64,000 bases of DNA from Archangium sp. (GCA_031367385.1 JANLPS010000055.1:1-64000); one strand, 5' to 3'. Shown: positions 46,916 to 56,226, counted from the first letter of the stretch. Translations and numbers: made by a program. Notes: generated by a model from the sequence alone, not told the origin.

Positions 46916-48265
46916 TCACTCAACCCCCAGTTTTTCGGTCAGCTCACCGAGCTCGAGTTTGAGCTGCGCGTCATCGCCGCGGGCTTGCTCGATTTTTCGA
47001 ACGCTCGACAAGACGGTCGAGTGGTCTTTGTTGAACTTCTTGCCGATCTCCGGGAGCGAGGCCTGGGTCAGCGTGCGGCACAGATACATCGCGACCTGGC
47101 GTGCATGGGCGATGTGCTTGACCCGGCGCTCGCCGCGCAGCTCTTCGACTCCGATTTTGAAGTAGCGGGCGACCTCGCGCTGAATGTGCTCGGCGTCGAG
47201 CTCGAGGCTGACGGGGATGATGTCTTTGAGCACCTGCGCGCACAGCTCTTCGGTGAGCGGCTGGCCCGTGAGCGCATGCACCGCGGTCACTTTGATCAGC
47301 GCACCTTCGAGCTCTCGCACGTTGTGCACCACCGAGCGGGCGATGAAGTTGGCGACTTTGTCGGTGAGATTGACGCCATCTCGCTCGGCCTTCTTCTTCA
47401 AGATCGCGACGCGGGCCTCGTAGTTCGGCTCGTGCACGTCGGTGATCAGACCCATCGCGAAGCGGCTGCGCAGTCGATCTTCGAGGCCGGGTATCTCGGA
47501 GACCACCATGTCGGAGGTCATCACCACGGCCTTCGACATCTGGTGCAGTGCATTGAACGTGTAGAAGAACTCGTTCTGGGTCTCTTGCTTCTTACCCAAG
47601 AACTGAATGTCGTCGATCAGCAGCACGTCGCACTCTTCGCGAAACCGGCGCCGAAATTCGGTCATGCGGTGGTCGCGAACCGACTCGATGAAGGCATTGG
47701 TGAACTCTTCGCTCGACAGGTAAACGACCCGCATCGCCGGGTTGTTGGCCACCACGGTGTTGCCGATGGCGTGGAGCAGATGCGTCTTGCCCAGCCCCGT
47801 GCCCCCGTAGATGAAGAGCGGGTTGTAGGCCTTGCCTGGGTTGTCGGCGACCGCAGCAGCGGCGGCGGCGGGCAGCTGGTTCGAATCAGAAACAACGTAG
47901 GTATCGAAGGTGAACTTCTCGTTCAGGCGCCGGAGCTGCCGAACCTGGTTCACTGGGGGTGCAGGTGGCAAAGCCGCCCGCGAGCTGGGCCGCTCGAGCT
48001 TCTGGTAGACCACTTTGGTCGGTTGCCCGATCACCTGGGCCAACGCCGAACCCAGCAGAACCCCATAGTGTTCGTCGACCCAATCGCGAAAAAACAGGTC
48101 ATCGACGCCAAGCGTCAACGCGCCCTCGCCGAAGCTCAAAGGGCTCAGTTGCATCAGCTGCGAAACGACGTAGGCCTGCCCCTCGCGCCGAAGCACATCG
48201 AGCGAGTTCTCCCATATATTTCGGGCATTTAGAGGCACGCCAGCCAGGTCGACGGAAGCGGTCAA
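46916..48265 (-). CDS. dnaA: Chromosomal replication initiator DnaA
   Basis: FTFDTYV, YNPLFIYGGTGLGKTHL, LIDDIQF, RLRSRF, NVRELEGAL, RQVAMYL and KDHSTV. Confidence 0.98.
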   Translation of the reverse strand: MTASVDLAGVPLNARNIWENSLDVLRREGQAYVVSQLMQLSPLSFGEGALTLGVDDLFFRDWVDEHYGVLLGSALAQVIGQPTKVVYQKLERPSSRAALPPAPPVNQVRQLRRLNEKFTFDTYVVSDSNQLPAAAAAAVADNPGKAYNPLFIYGGTGLGKTHLLHAIGNTVVANNPAMRVVYLSSEEFTNAFIESVRDHRMTEFRRRFREECDVLLIDDIQFLGKKQETQNEFFYTFNALHQMSKAVVMTSDMVVSEIPGLEDRLRSRFAMGLITDVHEPNYEARVAILKKKAERDGVNLTDKVANFIARSVVHNVRELEGALIKVTAVHALTGQPLTEELCAQVLKDIIPVSLELDAEHIQREVARYFKIGVEELRGERRVKHIAHARQVAMYLCRTLTQASLPEIGKKFNKDHSTVLSSVRKIEQARGDDAQLKLELGELTEKLGVE

Positions 48266-48299
48266 GGACGGTACCAGACGAGGTGAAAGGGGGCGGCGA

Positions 48300-48640
48300 C
48301 GAAGGGGACGGGCCTCTTACAGAGGCATATTTTGAGGATCAATCACTTTTCGCAACCGTACGATACTCAAATGCTTTTTGGCACTTTTCGAGCCTGTGGA
48401 AGATGATCGCAAATGACTTGGTGACGCTTTGCGTGTGACGCCCCTGAGACGTGACTCACAGTACGTGTTTCCGCAAAATGCAAAGGGCCGATGCAGGGCT
48501 GCAATTGTCCACATCTTCCCGCCCGCTGGGGCGGCTTTTCCACATGTCCACAGGGTTTTCCACAGCCTGTGGAGAGGGTTTTCCACAGCCTGTGGAGAGT
48601 GTTTTCCACAGCCACTTCGGGTGCTTGTGGAAGTTCGTTA
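48300..48640. other. Putative replication origin oriC (DnaA-box cluster plus AT-richer flank)
   Basis: Box-like 9-mers: TTGTCCACA 48505; TTTTCCACA 48536, 48556, 48579 and 48602; ATGTCCACA 48544; reverse TGTGGAGAG 48568 and 48591; weaker TGTGGAA at 48395 and 48626. AT-richer stretch at about 48318-48420. Confidence 0.85.
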
Positions 48641-48651
48641 TAGAGCCGCGC

Positions 48652-49764
48652 GTGCAGCTGCTGTCGTTGACCTATGAGCGCTTCAGAAACCTCGAGCAGG
48701 TGACGCTCGAGCCTTCGGCGCGCGCGACGATCGCGGTGGGTGAGAACGGCCAGGGCAAGACCAACCTGCTTGAGGGCCTCTACTTTCTGGCGACGCTCAA
48801 GGCCTTGCGGGCGAACCGGCTGGCCGAATTGATTCGCTTCGGAGCCGAGACAGCGCGGGTGTCAGGGCGGTTTCGATTGCAGGGGGCCGAGCGAGACATC
48901 AGCGTCGACATCTTGCCCAAGAGCCGGGCGGCGTTCGTCGATGGCAAGCGCGCCCCTTCGCTCGAGGCCTACTTCGGGGGCGTTTCGGTGGTGGCCTTCA
49001 CGCCCGATGACCTGGCAGTGGTGAAGGGCGGGCCCGAGGGTCGCCGGCTGTTTCTCGACCGCACGGTCTTCAACCGTTTTCCGGCCTACTTGCAGGAGAG
49101 CCGCGAGTACGCGCGGGCGCTCAAGAGCCGCAACCGCCTGCTCAAAGAGAACGCGCCGCACGCCCACCTCGCCGCGTGGGACGCGACGCTGGCTCGCTCT
49201 GGCGCCCGGTTGTGGGCCCGGCGGCGCGCGCTGCTGGTCGAGCTCACCGGGCGAGTGCACGCCGCGTTCGAGAAGATCGGCCGCACCGAGATGCCGGCGG
49301 CCTTCGAGTACTCGCCTGCGCACCTCGAAGGCGTCTCGTTTTCGGCCGCGAGTGAAGACGAGCTCGCCCAGGCGCTCGCGGCGCAGCTCGATTCGCGGCT
49401 GCCCCGAGACGCCGAGCGCGGGTTTACCTCGGTTGGCCCACATGCAGACGACCTCGACATCGCCTTGGGTGACCACTCGGCAAGACAGTACGCGTCGCAA
49501 GGCCAGGCCCGGGCCCTGGTGCTCGCGTGGAAGGTGGCGGAGATCGAGAACCTGCACGCCACCAACGGGTTTCTCCCCCTGCTGTTGCTCGACGATGTCT
49601 CGAGCGAGCTCGACCCTGAGCGCAACGCGTTCTTGATGAACTACCTGGCGGAGTCGGGTGCGCAGACCTTCTTGACCACCACCGATGCAGGCCTGGTGCA
49701 GCGTGCGGCTGGCGCCGACACCGTGTGGTACAACGTGCGGCAAGGTCTCGCGTCGAGGCAGTGA
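48652..49764 (+). CDS. recF: DNA replication/repair protein RecF
   Basis: FRNL, GENGQGKTNLLE, GGPEGRRLFLD, GPHADD, SQGQ and LLLDDVSSELD. Confidence 0.97.
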   Translation: MQLLSLTYERFRNLEQVTLEPSARATIAVGENGQGKTNLLEGLYFLATLKALRANRLAELIRFGAETARVSGRFRLQGAERDISVDILPKSRAAFVDGKRAPSLEAYFGGVSVVAFTPDDLAVVKGGPEGRRLFLDRTVFNRFPAYLQESREYARALKSRNRLLKENAPHAHLAAWDATLARSGARLWARRRALLVELTGRVHAAFEKIGRTEMPAAFEYSPAHLEGVSFSAASEDELAQALAAQLDSRLPRDAERGFTSVGPHADDLDIALGDHSARQYASQGQARALVLAWKVAEIENLHATNGFLPLLLLDDVSSELDPERNAFLMNYLAESGAQTFLTTTDAGLVQRAAGADTVWYNVRQGLASRQ

Positions 49765-49797
49765 CTTCGCTGAACGCTTCGGGCGACACTGCGGCCC

Positions 49798-50133
49798 ATG
49801 GTTCACAAACGCCGGGTGCCCCGCTTCATCTGCCAAGCCCGCATCTCTGGAGCCGGCGTCGTGGGGATGTTGATTCGCGGCGAAGTGCGCGACGTGTCGG
49901 CGACGGGGTTGTGTCTCTCGACCTCGCTGCCCGTGCAAAAAGGCCAGACGCTGCATCTGCGCTTCGAGCTGCCCACCGGCCTGGTCGAAGCCGTCGGTGA
50001 AGTGCGCTGGGTGGTGAAGAAGAAGGGCAAGCCGAGCGATTTGGGCATTCGCTTCGTTCGAATACCGATCACGGCGACCCGGGTCATCGACGCTGCGCTC
50101 AACGCTGATCAGGCGCTCGAAGCGGCGGTCTAG
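49798..50133 (+). CDS. Stand-alone PilZ domain protein
   Basis: RRVPR and DVSATG c-di-GMP motifs, plus GEVRW and GIRF. Confidence 0.9.
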   Translation: MVHKRRVPRFICQARISGAGVVGMLIRGEVRDVSATGLCLSTSLPVQKGQTLHLRFELPTGLVEAVGEVRWVVKKKGKPSDLGIRFVRIPITATRVIDAALNADQALEAAV

Positions 50134-50756
50134 TCGCAGGTGCCGCCGAGCTGGGCGGTGGCCGAGAGCAGCTTGAACGTCAGCTTGAAGCTCGCCTCGA
50201 AGCAGGTGTCGGCGCTGCACGAGCCACGGCCGAACGCGCGCATCACCGTCGGCCTGCAGGTGTTGATCAACCGGCGGAGGTGATCAGTCTCCTGCTGCTC
50301 GACGGCATCGAGGCAGGCGTTGAGCTTGACGAAGACATCGGTGCCGTCGGCGACGTCGATGGTGGGCTGAGGGCAGATGACGAAGAGGCTCTGCTTCGAG
50401 GCGTCGGCGCAGGTGAGCTCGATGTCGAACTGGCTCAAGGTGACCTTGCCGCGCGGCTCGGTGCAGCCTGAGCCTGGGGCGAGGCTCAGCACCTCGGCGA
50501 CCAGGTCGATCTTCGCGGTTTTCAAGCACCCGTTCGAGGTGTCGAGGCCGGCCTCTTTGGCCAGCGCGGCGAAGTCGATGCTCGAGCTGCCGAAAGGCTC
50601 ATTGGTGCAGACCGAGGTGGTGTCGACCTTGGTGGCGACGGTCGTCGAGACCGCGTGGGGCTTGACGGTGACTTCGACCGCGCCACAGCCGCAGGCGACG
50701 AGCACGACACTGCTGGCGAGAAGGGCGCGCACCACCCTACAGTTAGACCAGCTCAC
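50130..50756 (-). CDS. Cys-rich lipoprotein
   Basis: Signal with LVACGC and multiple Cys residues. Confidence 0.7.
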   Translation of the reverse strand: MSWSNCRVVRALLASSVVLVACGCGAVEVTVKPHAVSTTVATKVDTTSVCTNEPFGSSSIDFAALAKEAGLDTSNGCLKTAKIDLVAEVLSLAPGSGCTEPRGKVTLSQFDIELTCADASKQSLFVICPQPTIDVADGTDVFVKLNACLDAVEQQETDHLRRLINTCRPTVMRAFGRGSCSADTCFEASFKLTFKLLSATAQLGGTCD

Positions 50757-51739
50757 TGCGCCCGGTGCCAGTGGCCCTCGAATGAAATCGCATCGGCGAG
50801 CACGAGGGTGGGCACTCCGTTGGCGACGCCGAGGGCCATCACCTGGCCAGCGGAGGCCTCGAGCGTCGACGCGAAGGCCTCGTCACCCTGCGCCCGAGCC
50901 GCCGAGATCGACAGGGCGCTCGCGGCGGTGCCAATGCCCATGATGATCGGCCCCGAGTCGACGTCTGCCTCGCGCTCGACGCCGGGCGGCCACTCGCGCA
51001 GCCCAGTGAAAGGGCCCACCCGCGCGGCCCAGGCATCGCGAAAGGTGAGCCACCAGGCGTGGCTCAACTCGGGCGCGAACTCGGCGGTGTAGCGAGTGAG
51101 AAATGCGGTGGCGCAGCCGCGCGGGTACCTCGAAGTGGGTCCAGCTCCGGTGATTTCAGAGGGCGGCAGCGTCTGTGAGGTACCCACCACGGCTTGCCAG
51201 GCGGCCGAGGGGCGATCATGAAGGTGGGTACGATGCGAGCGGTCGTAGCGCGCGAGGCTGGCGATGGTTGCCGACTGATCAGCCGGCCAGCGCGCCGACG
51301 CCGTGGCGTACGAAGGTGCGTGAGCGTGCTTGTCGGCCAATGACATCGCGGCGAGGCGCTCACTGAGCTGGCGGTGAATGGCTGGTGAGGGGCAGGCGCC
51401 GAGCTGATCAGCGGCTCCGTAGATCAGGTTGAGGTGCGTGAGCCAGAGGCCATCGCGAACCTCCGAGAGCGATTGAGCGGGCATCGAGCGCTGGGCAAGG
51501 TTGAGTGTGCGCTGAATGCATCGCTGGGCATTTTCACGGCGAGCGGGGTGGGTGAGGCCCTGCCCTGCACACCCATCGGCGAGGTGCGAGAGGGTGATGA
51601 TGCGAAAGCCGGCGGGGGTCGCGTCCCACGTGGCGGTGGTGAGGAGCGTATCGAGGCGCGCGGGGAGCTCGAGCGCGTCTGGGCTTCGAAGCGGAGGGCT
51701 GGTGATGGCCAGCATGACGAGGCAGATCACGATTCGCAT
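50753..51739 (-). CDS. Secreted hypothetical protein (helical, 'REWP...DVDSGPII' family)
   Basis: Signal peptide and conserved-looking WPADQ and REWPPG...DVDSGPIIMG motifs. Confidence 0.7.
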   Translation of the reverse strand: MRIVICLVMLAITSPPLRSPDALELPARLDTLLTTATWDATPAGFRIITLSHLADGCAGQGLTHPARRENAQRCIQRTLNLAQRSMPAQSLSEVRDGLWLTHLNLIYGAADQLGACPSPAIHRQLSERLAAMSLADKHAHAPSYATASARWPADQSATIASLARYDRSHRTHLHDRPSAAWQAVVGTSQTLPPSEITGAGPTSRYPRGCATAFLTRYTAEFAPELSHAWWLTFRDAWAARVGPFTGLREWPPGVEREADVDSGPIIMGIGTAASALSISAARAQGDEAFASTLEASAGQVMALGVANGVPTLVLADAISFEGHWHRAQ

Positions 51740-51830
51740 GGGCGGCACTGTGTCGGCGGGCGCTCACGAGCGGTGTCGGTCGCGCCCGAACGGTCGCTCA
51801 GCGTGGTTCGACGGTCTGAATCGATAGCCG

Positions 51831-51843
51831 AATCAGTGGGTTA
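51831..51843 (+). promoter_or_regulatory. IHF-consensus-like site
   Basis: AATCAGTGGGTTA matches WATCARNNNNTTR in a divergent intergenic gap. Confidence 0.4.
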
Positions 51844-51887
51844 CATTGCTCTTGAAACTTCGGTCGCGGGAGATTCATGTCTGCGCC

Positions 51888-52295
51888 ATGCGACTGATCA
51901 TCGGGCTGGTGCTTGGGATGCTGTGTTCGGGGTGCATGGCGTCGCCGTTGTCAGCGCCTCCGGTGAAGAGAATCGCTCACGAGACGATCAGCGCGTCGGT
52001 GTCGCTCGGTCGCGAGGCCGTCGTGCGCGGGTGCAGCAGGGTCACGCACGCCGCGCCGCTCGACCTGAGCCTCGAGGGCGTCGGTTCACGCTTCGTGGGA
52101 GCGCTGAGCGATCAGACGTCGCTCGATGAGGTCGCGCAGGCCAAGGCGCACGAGGTCACTGCGCTTGTTCGCCACCTGTCGTTCAAGTGGCGCAAGGCCA
52201 AACCGGCGTTGACGCGCGCGATGGCGGCCACTGCTCGGGTCGAGCTCAAGGCCTTGTGCGCGAAGGTCGCGCCGGCCGAGAGCTGCTGGGCCTGA
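51888..52295 (+). CDS. Hypothetical lipoprotein
   Basis: MRLIIGLVLGMLCSGC signal/lipobox. Confidence 0.65.
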   Translation: MRLIIGLVLGMLCSGCMASPLSAPPVKRIAHETISASVSLGREAVVRGCSRVTHAAPLDLSLEGVGSRFVGALSDQTSLDEVAQAKAHEVTALVRHLSFKWRKAKPALTRAMAATARVELKALCAKVAPAESCWA

Positions 52296-52298
52296 CAG

Positions 52299-52379
52299 AA
52301 AAAAGGGGACAGGCTGGTTTTCAGTCACAGGGCGACACGGGCAAGCGGGGTGACCGAAAACCAGCCTGTCCCCTTTTTT
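52299..52379. repeat. 30-bp inverted repeat (REP/MITE-like or bidirectional terminator)
   Basis: AAAAAAGGGGACAGGCTGGTTTTCAGTCAC (52299-52328) pairs with 52350-52379 with one mismatch and a 21-nt spacer, between convergent genes. Confidence 0.9.
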
Positions 52380-54029
52380 TTAGGGGCTCAGGTCGCGCTC
52401 GAGCTTCACCAAGGCGACGGTTGCCGCATCTTGGCCGCATTCTGGTTTTCGTGGCTGGGCCTTGAGCGCCTCGAGCGGAGCCACGGCCTGAGCGCTGCGC
52501 AGCTCTCCCAGCCGCTTGGCTGCGACGCTTCGAATCGCGCAGTCTTTGCTGCCCAACGCCTCGATGTAGAGCTGCGGTAACGGCAGCCCCTGACCCGCAA
52601 ACTGCAAATCAACGAAGCGCAGCGCGCCCCATTGATCCCAACTCGGGGGCCGGCGGGCGAAGTCTTGGAGCACCGGCAGCACCTGCGCCTTGGGCCACTT
52701 CTCGAGCAGCTTTCGCGGTCGCGGGTCTTTGAGCTCATTGCGACCGAAATCATCGGCGGCGGCCTGCACCGCTGACGCCTCGAGCTCGACCTCGGCCGGC
52801 ACGCTCTCGAACAGCTTGCGCGCGTCTTCCAACCGGCCCACCTGGTACAGCGCGGTCGCCTTCAACATCTTCAGCGGCCACCCAGGCGCCTCGCCACCGG
52901 CGTCGTCGATGATCTGCAGCGCTTCGCTCCCCCGCCCCGCTTCGACCAGCCGGCGAGCACGTCGCTCGGGCTGGTTCCACACCAGCAGGGCGCTCACCGC
53001 CCCGACCGCGAGTAAGATCGCAAACGCCAGCAGCCCCGCTTTTTGCGCCTGCCCGAAGGCCGAGCGTGGGGCCTCGTCTGGGGGCGTGAGCGCGTGGGCC
53101 TCCATCAGCGACGAGAGCGTCTTGGCCAGGGGTATCGGCGCGATGGTCAGCCGGTCGATGACCTCTTGCGCCGTCTGCGGCCGCGCCTCTGGCCGCTTCG
53201 CCAGCATCGAGCTCACCAGATCAACCATGCGGGGGAAACTCTCGAGGTGGGGCGCGACCAAAGTCAACGCGCGAGGCTCGGCGTGAATGTGCTGGCTGAC
53301 GAACTCGCTGGGCGAAGGGCCGCTGAACGGGTGCGCTCCGGTCAACATGCGATAGGCCAGAACCCCCAGTGAATACACATCACTGCGAGCATCGAGCGGT
53401 TGACCCATCGCCTGCTCGGGCGACATGTACTCGGGCGTACCCAGCACGAACCCCACCTGCGTCACGTGGCTGCCCTCGTCAGGGGCCGCGAGCCGCGCGA
53501 TGCCGAAGTCGAGCAGCCGGGCGGTCTCGATGCCCTGGGTGTTCTTCGAAAGCGTCACGTTGTCGGGCTTGAGGTCGCGATGAACGATGCCGCGCTCGTG
53601 AATGGCGCTCAAGCCGTGCGCCAGCTGCAAGATGATCGCCTCGGTGCGCTCGATCGATAGCGGCGCTTCACGCTGCATCACCGACTCGAGCGATTCGCCC
53701 TCGACGAGCTCCATCACAAGGCAGGCCGACAAACCGTGGTGGCCGAAGTCGATGACCCTCACGACTCCCGGGTGCTCGACCGACGACAACAGCAGCGCCT
53801 CGCGACGAAACCGCTCACCGACGTTGGCGGTCAGCGGCAAGTCTTCGCGCAACACTTTGAGCGCGACCTTGCGACCGAGCGACACCTGCTCGGCCAGATA
53901 CACCAGGCCCATGCCGCCACCGCCCAGGAGCTTCTCGACGCGAAAGCGCCCATCGAGCACCAGGGTGCCCGCGGTCAGCCCGGGTTGGGCGGCGAGGTGG
54001 GTGTGTGCCAGGGTGGCCTCGGGCTGCAT
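52380..54029 (-). CDS. Hanks-type Ser/Thr protein kinase with TM and helical C-terminal domain
   Basis: GGGGMG, VALK, HRDLKPDN, DFG and GTPEYMSPE motifs, plus a TM segment. Confidence 0.96.
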   Translation of the reverse strand: MQPEATLAHTHLAAQPGLTAGTLVLDGRFRVEKLLGGGGMGLVYLAEQVSLGRKVALKVLREDLPLTANVGERFRREALLLSSVEHPGVVRVIDFGHHGLSACLVMELVEGESLESVMQREAPLSIERTEAIILQLAHGLSAIHERGIVHRDLKPDNVTLSKNTQGIETARLLDFGIARLAAPDEGSHVTQVGFVLGTPEYMSPEQAMGQPLDARSDVYSLGVLAYRMLTGAHPFSGPSPSEFVSQHIHAEPRALTLVAPHLESFPRMVDLVSSMLAKRPEARPQTAQEVIDRLTIAPIPLAKTLSSLMEAHALTPPDEAPRSAFGQAQKAGLLAFAILLAVGAVSALLVWNQPERRARRLVEAGRGSEALQIIDDAGGEAPGWPLKMLKATALYQVGRLEDARKLFESVPAEVELEASAVQAAADDFGRNELKDPRPRKLLEKWPKAQVLPVLQDFARRPPSWDQWGALRFVDLQFAGQGLPLPQLYIEALGSKDCAIRSVAAKRLGELRSAQAVAPLEALKAQPRKPECGQDAATVALVKLERDLSP

Positions 54030-54057
54030 TTCGCTCTCTTCTATCTGGTTTGCTTCG

Positions 54058-54510
54058 TCACAATTCAACCCGAATGGCGCACTTCACCGAACGCGCCAGG
54101 AAACACGATTCATGCGCGCGATGGTGCAGCTTCTCGAGCACCTGCCGCTCGGGCATGACCGCCGCGGTCACCTTGGGTCGCAGCACGACTTGCGTCATCG
54201 ACCACCACCCCTGAGGGTCGGCCTCGAGCAGCCCTGAGGCCTCGTCGGCATACGAGTCAAGCTCGAGGCCTTCTTGCGCGGCGAAGGCCAAAAACCAGAG
54301 CATGTGACAGCTCGAGAGCGCCGCGACGAAGCCCTCTTCAGGGTCGACGGCGGCTTCGGTCGAGAGCGGCGTCGGCACCCGCAGTGGAGAAGCTGAGGCG
54401 ACGACGGTGGTGCCTCCATCGAATTTCCACACATGCTCGCGGCGATATTGGCTGTCGCGAAAAGACGAATCACCGCGTACCCATTGAATGGTGGCCGTGT
54501 GCGTGCTCAT
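54058..54510 (-). CDS. OsmC/Ohr family protein
   Basis: DPEE...ALSSCHMLWFL and AHESCFLARSV. Confidence 0.93.
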   Translation of the reverse strand: MSTHTATIQWVRGDSSFRDSQYRREHVWKFDGGTTVVASASPLRVPTPLSTEAAVDPEEGFVAALSSCHMLWFLAFAAQEGLELDSYADEASGLLEADPQGWWSMTQVVLRPKVTAAVMPERQVLEKLHHRAHESCFLARSVKCAIRVEL

Positions 54511-54593
54511 GGCCTCCTGCGATGCTCTCTTCGGCCGAGCGCGTCAAGCGAGCTGAGTTGCAATTGAGCAGGCAGGTGAGACATGACGTTCTC

Positions 54594-55778
54594 GTGTCTC
54601 GAATCCTCGGTCTTCTGCTGTGTCTGTCGCCCTCACTGGCCTGGTGTTGGGGGTTCACGGGGCACCGCATGCTCGCCAAGCACCTGCAAGACCCGTTGCC
54701 TGCCAATTCGTGTTTGCGCCAGTGGTACCAGGCGCACCAGGCCTTCGTTTGGCAAGACCACGCCTGCGACCCCGACCGGTGGAGAACGGGTGACAGCGCT
54801 GCTGGGCCCTTCGACCCGAACGAAGCCCCGAGGCATTTCTTGGAGATCGACTGGGCGCAACCCGTCTCATCGTACCCGCGCGACTACGCGGCGGCGCAGG
54901 TGCAGTTCGGCCAGTACGTCATTCGCAATGGTCAGGTGCCGTGGCGGGTCGAGCAGATGTACGGCGTGCTGGTGAACGCGTTTCGCTCGGGCGACCAGAA
55001 CGCGATCTTGAACAATACGTTTTGGCTCTCGCACTACGTGACCGATTCGTTTTCGCTGCTCCACGACACCGAAAACTTCGACCCGAATAGCGGCCTCCAT
55101 TCTCGGTGGGAGTCAGACATGATGGGCGTGTCGTCGAACTTGAATGCGATTCAGGACCTGGCCGCGACGCTGTACGGCACGCCGGGCATTGCTGACGCGA
55201 AGAACAACATCTTCGACTGCGTGATCGTCGGCAACGGCCTGGTGCCGCAGCTGATTGCAGCCGACCGAGCGGCCAGCGGCGATGGCGGTGTGTACGACAA
55301 AGACACCTACAAGCTGCCGGTGCTCTTCGACTTATCGAAAGATTTTACGGCTCGACGCTGGGCCGATGCAGAGACGGTGTTGGCATCTCTGATCTGGACG
55401 GCGTGGGCCCAGGCCGGCAGCCCCGAGCTGCTCGGCGCCGACGGCGGGTTCTCGAGCACATGCTCACGCGCGCCGCCCAGCGGTGAAATCGTCATTCGCG
55501 GCTTTCCAGTGCCTGGGGGGTTCACGCACCCAGGCGATGGGGGCGTGGTGTTTCCTCCGCGTGATGCGGGCATGCCGCAGGTGGGCACCGATTCGGGCGT
55601 CGACGTGCCCGACGCAGGCTCGACCGACGGCGGCGCAGGGGGTGGCCAGGGTGGAGGCAGTGGCGGCGGCGGCGGAGATCAACCCCCCGTGGGATGCGGC
55701 TGCTCGCAACTCGAAAGCTCAGCGCTGCTGCTCGGAGCTTTGGCGATGGTGCTTCGTCGCCGACGTCACTTGGCGTGA
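54594..55778 (+). CDS. S1/P1 nuclease / Zn phospholipase C superfamily protein with MYXO-CTERM-like tail
   Basis: Signal peptide then WGFTGH, PRHF, SHYVTD...LH and GLHSRWE zinc ligands, a Gly linker and a GCGC-TM-RRRR tail. Confidence 0.85.
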   Translation: MSRILGLLLCLSPSLAWCWGFTGHRMLAKHLQDPLPANSCLRQWYQAHQAFVWQDHACDPDRWRTGDSAAGPFDPNEAPRHFLEIDWAQPVSSYPRDYAAAQVQFGQYVIRNGQVPWRVEQMYGVLVNAFRSGDQNAILNNTFWLSHYVTDSFSLLHDTENFDPNSGLHSRWESDMMGVSSNLNAIQDLAATLYGTPGIADAKNNIFDCVIVGNGLVPQLIAADRAASGDGGVYDKDTYKLPVLFDLSKDFTARRWADAETVLASLIWTAWAQAGSPELLGADGGFSSTCSRAPPSGEIVIRGFPVPGGFTHPGDGGVVFPPRDAGMPQVGTDSGVDVPDAGSTDGGAGGGQGGGSGGGGGDQPPVGCGCSQLESSALLLGALAMVLRRRRHLA

Positions 55779-56218
55779 GAGCCTTCGCGCTGGTGAGTTG
55801 TCTGGTGCTCTGTGCCTGCCGCGATGGAGGCGAGCTTCACTACGAGCAGGCGCGACGAATTCACACGCAGTTGGTGTCGAAAGCGGAGCACCCGACCTCG
55901 CCTGCGTTCGACGCCGTGCTCAATGAGCTCAAGCAGGTGCCTGCAGATTCGAAGCGGTTTGCCGATGCGCAGCGGTTGCGAACGGCGATTGAAGCCGTGC
56001 GGTCTCCCGTGAGGCGACCCCTGGCGGTGGCGCACCGCGATGACGCGACGCTGCCTCCAGAAGTGGCGGCACAGGCGAGGGCGTGCGCGGCGCTCGCGCA
56101 AATGATGGGGCGCGATGGCGGAGCGACTGCTTCAGCGATGAAGGCCCTCGATGATTGCAGGGCGAGGGTCGATGCGCTCGACGAGGCCGCGGCGCACCGC
56201 GAAGAACCGCCGCCGTAA
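55775..56218 (+). CDS. Helical lipoprotein coupled to the nuclease gene
   Basis: GTGA overlap with the nuclease stop and LCAC lipobox. Confidence 0.7.
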   Translation: MRAFALVSCLVLCACRDGGELHYEQARRIHTQLVSKAEHPTSPAFDAVLNELKQVPADSKRFADAQRLRTAIEAVRSPVRRPLAVAHRDDATLPPEVAAQARACAALAQMMGRDGGATASAMKALDDCRARVDALDEAAAHREEPPP

Positions 56219-56226
56219 TCGGGCGC

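Noticed and set aside
48554..48613. Tandem 23-bp repeat as a CRISPR array
   Set aside because: The repeats abut with no unique spacers, no cas genes are present, and the units are made of DnaA-box-like sequences next to dnaA.
48317..48677. Short ORFs with repeated peptides (LHRLWK, FSTACGE) and the extended recF start at 48451
   Set aside because: These are translations of the DnaA-box repeat. RecF similarity begins at GTG 48652.
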